A DNA stretch of 64,000 nucleotides. Source: Tubiluchus corallicola. Lineage: Eukaryota > Animalia > Priapulida. Location of the stretch: NCBI GenBank assembly GCA_030141605.1, contig JAQGDQ010000233.1, forward strand, positions 124,001 through 188,000. Reading direction: 5' to 3'. The notes beneath the pieces are model-generated. The model searched no databases and had not been told where the DNA came from. It saw only the letters and a program-made list of their open reading frames with translations. Made by a program: the position numbers and the translations under genes. Positions 52,766 through 64,000 of this stretch are shown here, one piece after another. Each line of letters starts with the position of its first letter. The stretch's first letter is position 1.

Positions 52766-53222
52766 CGGGCTGTGCTAGTCATTTTAAGGGCCATAGCTCA
52801 GCTTGTACAGCAGCCAGAAAGCTAAAATTTATCAGAAGCCACTTTGACACGGGAGCACTTCTCATATCAACGGTATACAGTCTTCTAAATGACATATCCT
52901 GGCAGAAAAAACTGCATAAGCAAGTAACCCAATGCTTCGCATCCCGGACTAGTTTCTGTATGAATCTATATGCACTACATCTTAAGCGTGACTGGAGAGA
53001 TGAGTCAAAATTAGAGGTGAGTAAACAGATTTTGCCTCCTCTTGCAAATACATTTTATTACGTTTTGTCATGAAACGGAGAGTTGCCATTGCGCATTCGA
53101 CTATTTTGTAGACGCCATGTCACGACTCACCGTGCACCATGAGTCCATGACACCGTGTGTCGCCTTGCTGTGCACCGTGGAACTATACACGTGTTCAGCC
53201 GAAGCGCATGTGAAGTGCTGAG

Positions 53223-53390
53223 GTGCATTCCGCCGAGTTACGCTTCACCGCGTTACAATCTGTTGCAGTATAGCCCTACACGTGCAATAGCTCCATCCAC
53301 GTGCATTTCATCACGTTATACTGCGTCGAAGTACACTCCACTGCAGTACATTCTACCGAGATTCACTCCACCAAGGTGCACGGCAAGGGC
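53223..53390 (+). repeat. Degenerate 15-bp period repeat
   Basis: Units such as GTGCATTCCGCCGAG, GTACACTCCACTGCA, GTACATTCTACCGAG and ATTCACTCCACCAAG. Confidence 0.6.
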
Positions 53391-53991
53391 GGTAAGCAAC
53401 ACCGTAATACATGGCAACATGCACTGAAAAGTACTATGTGCTCGAAGGGGCCAAGTTGTGTCTTTGTAATTTGGTCAAGTAATGCGAGATTTTTTATCAT
53501 TAAATTTTAATTTTTTTGCAAAACAAATTACGATTTCGCAAAAATACGTACGTCTGTTATTGTAGATTTAATCTCAGAACTGATTATGCAAATTTTAAAA
53601 CTAAAACTCTATTGGCTTCTTATTCGTACTGCATAGCGTAACGTGCAAATGTGCGCATCACAGTGAAGTTAAAATCGGGTCACGGTATCGATTAGCAGGC
53701 GAATCTTGTGTTTAGAAATCTCTTGAGGATCGGCGCACTGGCTATTTGATCAGTCAAGATCAATGATTATCTGTTGGCTTAACTCCAAATTGATCAATAT
53801 ACTTAAACAACATTCGACTAACTGTTCGATACTTAAAACTGCTGTTCGATTTGTATTCGTCTTCATTTTATCTGGATAATATTATTTTCACAATACTCTG
53901 ACAGTTCGTTGTCTTACGAAATGATGCACGCATTCGCAAATGACATTAATCACTAAACTATACATTAAGCAGCATCTACTTCGTAGTACAT

Positions 53992-54040
53992 ACACACACG
54001 CGCGCGCGCGCACACACACACACACAGAGAGACACACACA
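53992..54040. repeat. Compound (CA)n(CG)n(CA)n tract
   Basis: Directly visible. Confidence 0.85.
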
Positions 54041-55684
54041 TTAAATTATAACTATAAGCCACGAAAGTCCCCTGCACTAAACGCCCTGCACTTGTGTTAT
54101 TAGGTTACCCGCGAGGCTTCAATTATTGACATCTTGTAAAATACGTATTTGGAAAGCATAGAGGCAGACCTACTTTTCTTCCTAACATTCCACAGACCTA
54201 TTCAAGAAAACTTATATATGTACGCATTGTACTGACAATAGGCACTCTTTTGATGTTTATAAGTGTAGCTATTGCACCTATTTTATATCAACGAACAAAA
54301 ATGAGCAAAGTGCACACACACACATACACTCACATGTGCAGCGAAAAGTTCTCCCTTGGGTTTATTATGATTCATTAATGATGATGATGATTTATTAATG
54401 TCATGTACATTTTGTTTTGCGATTTGAAAGGAAAATAGTTCACTGTTTAGCTGGCGTATTTGTGATGGTCTCTCGAGGGATTGGCATTTTCTCTGTAATA
54501 AAGAAACAGCTACCCAAAAAGAGCAGACATGTCCTTGACGGGGGTTGTTCGAATTTTTTACACAAAATGTAACTATCATGGCGCTGACCTTAGAAATTTG
54601 GCCGCTTTTTAGGAGCATTGAACTTTGAAAAATCCCTAATTCCTTATTTTGCCTAAAACGTTAAATAAAATGTCAAGAGGAGGCGATCAAGCTCTTGCAA
54701 GTCACAGGAGAGAGTAGAGACCGGGAAATGACGAATAGTGGGACAGAAGGCGGTTGGAAAGCTAAAGGTCAAATGGTTAAACATGTTCTATCGTACCGCA
54801 AAGATTCGTGCTCCTAGCTGGTGTAGTTTTAAATTATTAAGTTGCTCTATTGTTACAATTTGCCCCTATCACTTCGTCTAGCCAGTCCAGTTTTTGAAAT
54901 ACAACACAGTGAATACATACCCCATTTTAACTTCCCACAGATGCAAACAACACATGAGTACCTACCCCCACTCCAACTCCCCACAGATGCAACAAACTAT
55001 TTTACACTCTGTTTTGCATTCTGTTTAATTAGACGTTTTACCTATTGTCTGAAGTGCCTGTCTTGTCAGTTTAGGTGCATTGTCTATTTTCTAGGCACTT
55101 TTCATGACTTTACACAGTCTGTACAAAGCAATTTTGTTGTATTAATTTTGTTGTAAAAATAGTTACTAAATAAAAATCGCACTCGTACCGTAAAGGCATA
55201 ATACAAACAAGAGCCGCTCAATTTAACAACAAAATGAAAAGAATATCATTACAGACAATTACGCAGCCAATCATGTCTTGAAGGCTTCGCAATAAACTGT
55301 GTCATGGGCTTCTCCATTAATTAGACACGGCAAAACTGAAATGCATGATGCATGCTGGCTTATCTGAGAAGTACAAGCTTTTCTTAAGAAGTAATGGATA
55401 TTCTGTTCCTCTTACTTGCGATAATTGTGACCTTTTTCTCAACAGAAATGGACAATGATGCGTAGGTAATCCATCATTAGAGAAAAGTTTTGTAATCCGA
55501 GCTTTGATTAGATCCATCTGTAATGTGTGTAAATGCCTAAAGGCAACACTGTCTAATCAAAGTTTGTAATGAAGACTGAAACCATATAGCAAAGTATGAT
55601 TAATATGAGCCATATTAACGTGATTAATATAATAAGACTTGCGCAGATACGAGAAGTACTCAACAGTGCGCCCAGATTATATCT

Positions 55685-55810
55685 TTGTTTACTTGCTTGC
55701 TTACTCTTTGTTTGTTTGTTTGCTTGCGCGTTTGTCTGTGTGTTGGCCTGCTTGGTTGCTTGTTTGTCAACCTGTTTGTTTGTTTGTCAGTTTGTTTGTT
55801 TTTTGTTTTT
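55685..55810. repeat. Degenerate (GTTT/GCTT)n tract
   Basis: Directly visible. Confidence 0.8.
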
Positions 55811-56299
55811 CGCAAGATTCAAAATTTTCCAAACTTGATCATCATTTTCACTTTTCTATAGATTTATTTGGCTGTCTCGTCACAAAAACTAACACAATAA
55901 TTCATTATATGAATACCCCATTGTGTGTAGCTGCTATTCTCAATCAGAAAACTGTTCTTTACTGCTGAAAGAAAACTGCGTTATGACTTAAGAGAATTTA
56001 CGCCAGTTACAGCTGCCGCTTCAAATTTCTTTTTTACTCATTCTACGAAAGACAGCTGCTGCTGAATGCGGTTAATTTTCACCGTTTTGCATTAATTACT
56101 GTGCAGAACATTAAGAATGCACTAACAAGCTATTAAATTACTATAACTGTTTGAAAGGGCATGGCAAACAAAAACGTCAGTGCGCGCTAAAAGTCTCTGC
56201 AAATTATTGATGATGCTTTACCGGAGAAACAATTAAACATGGATCTTCTATGCAGTATGACAAGTCAAATAAAAGCAGGTTTGTTTTTTGTTTGTTTTT

Positions 56300-56500
56300 G
56301 GTCCCAGGAGATTTTAATGACGAGCTCTTAGGTCTGTTTAAGATTTTTCAACATCTAGCCTACATTACCTGGATAGACAGGAAATCGCTCTGTGTTTTGG
56401 TAATGTCAAAAAATGCTTTCAGAAATAACGCTCTTGATCGGCTGTGCCTTTCAGATAACAACTTTGATTTACTTCGCTCTGCCAGCGTACGGAAATTGAA
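56300..56500 (+). mobile_element. Possible decayed hAT transposase C-terminal dimerisation domain
   Basis: IDRKSLCVLVMS and DRLCLSDNNFDLL loosely resemble the hAT pattern LARKYLCIPASS...DRRxxLSDENFE.LL; the central ERxFS is missing. Confidence 0.35.
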
Positions 56501-57179
56501 AAATGGTAAATCCGAGGAAAGTGTTCATAAATTACTCCGAATAAAAAACGCAAGCCAGATCCAACAGTAAGGTAAAAAAGAAAAGATAGAAAATGTGTAT
56601 TTAAGGAAAAGGCGATTCTAAAAAAAGTTGAGGTTGGTCTGAAATTCATAAATGCCCTTTAAAAATGAAAAAAATAACTTTAAACGTAGTAATGGCATTG
56701 ACAAATTAGTAAATGGCTTGAATGTGTCCTATACCAGTTTCAGTAATCCACCTGGACACTAGTGAACGCTGGAAACTCTAAACACTTGATAAATATTTAT
56801 ACTGTGGATGTTGTTATTAGCCCCTTTTGGCACCAAGCCTACAAAATCATGACCTGAGTTTTGGAGAAGCAGAAAAATAAGCACGATGAGAATCGAGTGC
56901 CATTTATTAATCAGCGTCTTCGGATCCGTGTATCGTTCGATATTGCTTGCATCGAAAGTTTTTTTGCAAACCGAGAATTTATCATAAGCAATGAGAATAA
57001 CACAAATGGGTATAGCAATAACACAACTCAATGAAAATGATTTATAATCATTGCCTTCGAAAATTTAATTTTAAATCGTATAAGGATCAATATTACTATC
57101 AACTTACTATTTAAATCCTATTTCAAGGACTATTTCACGGAGTATGAGGTTGGCTCCTTAAATTTACTCGTTTGATATC

Positions 57180-59500
57180 TGGCCAATAAGGCCAGTCAAG
57201 ATGCATTTTACTAAAACGTCAACACCAATTTAGATGCACATTCAAGAGTATTTAGCTACAGCACATTGTATCATTACATCATATAACTGCATAATATGGG
57301 ATGACTCCTTTCGACCATAAGCATTACGCAATTAGGATATAGTTCAATTATAGAATTATTTAAAAGGTTATGCGCCACTACGTGCTTTGAGCAATGAATT
57401 AAAAAGTGATATTCCCTCTCCATAACATTGCGAGCTTCACAAAGACGATCCTCCTTTCTATCGGGGTCCATAACAACGGCCTGTTTCAATTTCCAGACTG
57501 TCAGCACTGCTTCTAAGTTTAGTTAACGATTTTCTGTCTTTAATATTTTTAACATTCAATAAGTAAGTAACATTCAAATACAAAACCTGACTTAATGTTT
57601 TGATAGAAGTGCAATTTAGGTATAGTTGTTAGAGACTGTTTCCAGTTTATTGCATAGTTAGCTTTTAGCTAGCCTTTCCTCGCAAATCAGACTAGAATAA
57701 AGCGGTATTACGTCAGCATCTAACAATTGATATAAGTTTATCTCATTTAACGCACCTTTTAACGATCTGTATACCAAGGAGGATTTGGGGTTTTACCAAG
57801 TCTGATGGCCTTGTTGCATAATGAAGTTTCTGAAAGTGAAACCGGTCGAAGATAGTATTTAACAATACTACATTGGATATCCTCCTTATTCTCCAACCAC
57901 AGCTGAAGTAGGAGTTGTCGCCATGACACCTAAAATAGCTTTGAGGTATTATTTGAGGTATTTGAGACGAGGTTTCATGAACAGATAAATGCCTCGTACC
58001 CAGATTTCACTTCCATAACATAGAATGGGTTTGACACCTATATCAAGGAAAGATCAAGTTGAAACACAGTTGATTTCGATTCTAAAAATGTTTTTGATTT
58101 ACTCATTATTTGGCTTTGTTGGCCTGTGAGGCAAGATAATTTACAGCTTTAGTAAAACAACCGTTTTCATTGTTGTTTATTCGCATTTATACTCGTACAT
58201 TGCTTGAATATTGTGTCGTCACAACGGAAATTTTCTTTTCAAATATCAAAATTCGTTACAATAGCTGTTCAGTAGGCTTAACTGAGGCAAACCTTCCTTT
58301 GGTTACACTCATTAAAACGAGATCATCTGCAAACATGAGGTAACATAATCACATTACTAATCAGTATTATGCCATCAGAATCGTGAACATTTAAAGCAAA
58401 ACCGGACCCAATCTTAAACTGTGCGTCAAAACAATCTACTCTTTAAACTGTTGAAAGAAAACGTAATATTTTTTTCGAAAATGACTTACGTAAAAGAATT
58501 AGTACCACACAAACACAATTTCACGTTCGTGCCACTAGTTCTTCGCTGTTACATTCGCTAGTTAGACGGGCATTAGCGCCTTACTTTTGGAAACGCATTG
58601 CATAAAAACAGGTGCTGTACCTCCCATGTGGTAGTTTCTGGCGAACAGCGATAAATTTGAAATTTGAATTTTTGTCTTAAAACTTGCTTAGTTTTAAAAT
58701 AACACACTGAATATCTTACAGTAGCGCTGTAATTCAAATTTTGCTTTCGCAAACACCTGCAACACGCTCGTGAAATAATTTTCCTGTTGAAAGTTTGTGA
58801 TGTCATCAATAGTTGGGATCGCTCGCCAGGAAACGCTTTTGCAGTATTAATTGTGTTAAAATGTATACTTTTACCAGGCTTGAAAATGGGATATTATATG
58901 AAAAATCATCCTGTCTTCCTTTAGGCACTCTTCTAAATCATACAACTACAGTAAAAATAGCATAGGCAAAAGAGTACAACCTTGTAATACATCAAACTCA
59001 ACCAAAAAAGACTCAGTTTTAACACGACTTTCTATATATGTATATATTTGTTTTATAACTATCTATATTTTACCCTTGATTCCAATTTGCATAAGTTTGT
59101 ACAATAAACGTGTTTCGGTCCACAGAGTCAAAGGCTCGTTTGAAATCTACAAAACAAGTACACAGTTTCCGTTTTTGGGAAAACAGAATGGTTTTTATCC
59201 ACAATGGTTTTTAATATAAAAATGTTACCAAGAGTTTGGTAGCTATTACGAAGCCCAATCTGTGTGTACCTCGGTTATAAAATTATTACTGCTGCACCTA
59301 TTTCTAATCTATTAGAAATCAAGCCATAAAAAAGTTTACCAATAATACTAAGTAAGGTAATTCCTCTATAATCACTTGGGTCACATGTTGGACCTGATTT
59401 ATGAATAAGAGTGATAATAGCATATGACCGTTCTTCAGTCATCAGTTCTTCAGTTCTGAACAGGTCACTAAAATGTTTAACAAGCATTGTACTTCTGTAA
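57180..59500 (-). mobile_element. Decayed RTE-X-like LINE, interrupted by unrelated sequence at ~58440-59030
   Basis: LIHKSGPTCDPSDYRGITLLSIIGKLF, CFVDFKRAFDSV, FADDL, YGSEIW and SLEIETGR...RLC..EREYHFLIHC. Confidence 0.82.
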
Positions 59501-60413
59501 CTCGGTAGATTTTTTTCTTGATACAGTCAACGGATAAAACAGCGATTCCTGTTAGATTTACCCGATTATTGTTTATCGATATATTTTTCAAATTTATTTA
59601 TGCCAAAGGGTGTATTAAATACAGAACCGTCTTTCTCGCAATAATTACCAATTGTAATCCGAAACGGTCAGCTTTATATTCGTCGTAAAATTTTCATCAA
59701 ATTTTGACATATCCCCTTTTGTATCAGGACTAGCGAGTGATTTGAAATGAGTGAAAAGTAATTTAGGCTCTATATTTACAGCACTGTATTCATTATTAAA
59801 GGAAGACCGGACGATTGTTTAGACTCAATCTCATTTTAATTTATTGTCCAAAATATACATTCCCTTGCCTATAAAAGTCAACAATTGTTTCTTATATTTG
59901 AATAATTAGCTTAGAAAGTTAATTCAGGGCAAGCGAACACCGCTATTGGCTTACGTCAGAAACTAACTACAGTTTGTGTAATGACAGGCGTCTTCCCTTG
60001 CGCGTCAAGCACATTTGCATAGGTGTTACAGTGCTACTTAAACGCATGATGTCACGAAAATGGGCTCTAGATCATATGACGTCAGAAATTAACACTGTAG
60101 TTCATGATTATGCTTATCACGGTACCGCCTTCTATTTGTCGGCCACACGGATGTGATAAAAAGGCACTGTTGCCAATCTTAGTAGATTCACTGAGCCGCG
60201 CGTAGCTTTGAAAGTTTTACGAAATTTGAGTATCCGAGGTAATTATTATTTAATCTAAGCTTTGATTTAAAATAAGCTATTGTAGTTTTCAATATTTTAG
60301 AGCATTCTTTATTCTGAACTCATGTTTACACAGTCATCCGGTTTTCCTTTAAGAGACGACTTGAATTTATCAAAATGTGCATGACAATCAGCCGGTTAAT
60401 GTAATAGTAGACT

Positions 60414-60785
<372 letters not shown>

Positions 60786-61592
60786 ACGGTAGCAGAAGAA
60801 CAAGAACAGTGACGGTAGCAGATGACAGTCCAAGAAACTCAGTCAAATTCTACAACAAGTTAGCAATAAAATAAAAATACCTGTAAAATACAACAAAACA
60901 ATGCACGCTATAATTATTAGTTCATAATGATATAGACAGGCTGACATTTAATATGCTGAATTTACTCATGTGGTAAGAACAGATCTATTAACATGCGAGG
61001 TTTGTACATGTAGGAGGTGTACCTTCGTGTATCAGTTCCCGCTCAGCTGCTTGTCCTACAATCTGTGAAATAAGACATTTTATAGAGATTAAAGTCTTAT
61101 GCCATTATTTTGACGATAATTAGCTTATGATAATTTGTGAAGTGATAAAATTAGTAATCTATTCATTTACAGGTAAAGTAGCTGCAACTTACCACATTGT
61201 TTCTCTATTTTGCATAGTATAGGTCATAATGCAATATAAAGCGACAAACAAATTAAACCATATTTACTATTAAGTAAATTACCCATAATGTTATACGACA
61301 CTATGACACTATACACATACTGTTAAATATCTAAGAATACTTTAGTTTCAACTGTCAAGGCATTAAGTAAATCAAGTCGCGTTTATGCCGTTAATAATTC
61401 AGATCAAATAACCACGTAGGAATACGTTTACACGCTAATTACATTACAACGAGTTAAAACAATCAGCTAGTTAGAACTTTACTTTTAAAGATCGTAGACA
61501 ACAGGAAAGAATATCACTAAATGAGTTCGCTACGAGTCGCATCATCACTGCGGAAACGATACTCGCTGAAGTCATTTTCACACACGTCCAGC

Positions 61593-61740
61593 AATGATAA
61601 CGAAAATGGTTGTTGGTGATGGTGACGATGGTAATAATGATGATGATGATGATGATGATGATAATGATGATGATGATAGTGACAACGTGGAGGAGGCAGA
61701 CGATGATGATCATGATGACGATAACGATTATGACGACAGC
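61593..61740. repeat. Imperfect (GAT)n/(GAC)n tract
   Basis: Directly visible. Confidence 0.85.
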
Positions 61741-64000
61741 ATCTGTTACAACGAGGACAATAACTGACCTCCGTCGACAGTTGGTAAAAAGGTCGGTTTA
61801 TTCATCCGATGGTCATTACATAGAATGTCAGGTAAAAGCTGCAATTTCTCAAGTAACATAACATTTTATATTACCTGTGAATGTTTTATATACTTGTCAA
61901 TTATAACTTATGAATGTTACAATTGAAATAAAGGATTAATTACTTAAGCAACTGATTAGATTCTAACGATTTCCTTGTTAGAGAATCACCGACCAATCAA
62001 CTTTCCGTGGAGACCCCCCGCTAACTCAACAACTGATCCCAAAACACGCAAGCTGAGTACTGCAGCTCCGCCGAGTTTATAATTAATTTAGCTCGGAAAA
62101 TTTCTGAAATTATCTAATTAAGCAATTAATTTCGATCTCATACTACGTGGTGTAATATTAAGTTTACTTTGCATTAACATTCAAAGTGTCAAAAAGCTGT
62201 CACGAAAATTGCTCGAGCGAAGTCTGTGTACGTCGCGCATCTAATTCGATTAAAATAAATATTGATTAAAGAATGTATTAATTTTCTTTTTCATAATCGT
62301 TGTTTGTGAAATTGTGTTACCAAAATCATTTGTTTTGGCTCGGTGCCATCAATATTAAACAAAAGTCAAAAACTCGTTTTTCTGAGTTTTGTATTAAAAT
62401 ATTTTGATAGAAATAAAATATTAAAGAAATGATATTTTGGCTATGTCAGAATACTACCTATCTGTTTTTCTTTCTCCTTTTGGTTGAGCACATTTACTTA
62501 ATAACGGCTTTCAAAAACGCAGTTTAAAAGGTTAAGAAATCGATTCGCTCGTTATGCCTCTCTTCTGTCTATCATTACACAAAATATGCGTAAAAGCTGT
62601 GATGGCAAAACACTATTGATATTGCTGATGCATTGTAAATAAATCATCGTAAATGGAAATTAATTTTTGCCGCTGTAGAAATCCAAGAACATAATTACCA
62701 AAAAAACAAATTCATATTTAATAACCCTGTATTTATAATAAATTTTTGTGTGAATAAATTTTCCATCGTAATTAATAAGTGAGTAAGTAAGTGAGTAAGA
62801 AACAAACAAAACAAGCATGGTATGTTAATCTCTTTTTAATTAGTACATAAACAAAATTTAGCCTAAGTATTGAATTCCAATATTGTATTGCACAATGCTT
62901 GGTGATTTATCAATGTTGGTGAGCTATATAGACACTGTACAATAACTAGGCTGAGATAATGATTATTTATGAATGAACCGAGGGTTTATCTCAAGTTATT
63001 AATGATGTGCTCAAGATGCCTGTTAGCTTAGCTGATAAACAAGGAATTCCTAAATTAATGAGAAAAATGGCGATAACTAGCTAAAATCTCACAAGAAACA
63101 CTCTCGTCGACAACCGCGAAGTTACAATAAACTCATTTTCTTGTAAAAATTATAGCAGCGTTCATTAATTATATAGTTACGCAATTAATAAAATAATTGA
63201 CAACTGCACGATCAAATAATGACATAGAGCCTGTTTTGGGAAAATTACACGCTAATTAAGTTTGAATCTGAAGGGTTACAAAATGAAGAGACTAAACTTA
63301 AGCGGTCCAAAAACACGCTAGACATTCTCAAGGTTATTATTTATTATTTTTTACCATTTATTCGTATATGTTTAGCGCAAACAATACAATCACATTAGCG
63401 AATTAATACAAAAAAATAATTTATCACTCTTAATAACTTAGCGTCAAGTTATCATCGACTAACGATAGAATAAACCCACAGTTATTAAATTCTGAGAATC
63501 AAACCTAACTGAATGGGAAGAAATGTAAAGACCAGCCGTTCCCTTTCACATTTCGTCCCTTTTCGGCTAGGTTCGGGTAAAAACATTTATTAATTGTGTT
63601 TTTGGGTGCTACAGAGTTTACTATCAATCTTCTATGTGAATAAAATAGCTGTGAATGCGTACTGGTAACGGAATTTAAGCAATGCTGGGTATGACTGCTA
63701 TATTAAGATCTACTAAGAGCGGCATAAAAATTAATTGTAAAAACGATAAATTGATCTATTCTTACTAAGAATTCATGCATACTATTACATGAGAACTTCC
63801 ATGCTATTTATTTCAGGTTACAAAAGCTGCCCAACTATGCGCGAGACATAAATTTACTTTTAGCTACTTTTTTGCTTAATTAATAATTTTGTGATAGATA
63901 TGATGAGTTAGGCCAATTAACTAGGTCTTAATTATCGTCTGAAATTACGTGCTCACTAGTGACACATTTTTAATGTTAATTCTAATTTAAAGTGTCTTGC

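Overview
AT-rich animal (eukaryotic) genomic DNA, most likely a protostome invertebrate (inferred from the receptor sequence). It is gene-sparse and dominated by decayed transposable elements and microsatellites. Three host genes are supportable: (1) a complete 3-coding-exon CARHSP1/CSDC2-type cold-shock-domain gene on the minus strand (2883-4796, 151 aa); (2) a 237-aa ORF in one coding exon (19279-19992, +) that I cannot assign to any family, with signal peptide, charged helical ectodomain, one TM helix and a very Cys-rich tail, which is the best novelty candidate; (3) the first coding exon of a CCK/sulfakinin-type rhodopsin GPCR (28137-28518, +), whose following intron appears to run past the window end and starts with a young sense-strand LINE 24 bp after the donor. 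The rest comprises CR1-, L2-, I/Jockey-, RTE- and RTE-X-like LINE remnants, a deleted Ty3/gypsy element with one LTR, a BEL/Pao integrase relic, hAT-like MITEs and simple repeats. I saw no rRNA, true tRNA, CRISPR array or prokaryote-type multigene system. All assignments are by eye; TE boundaries are approximate and no searches were run.
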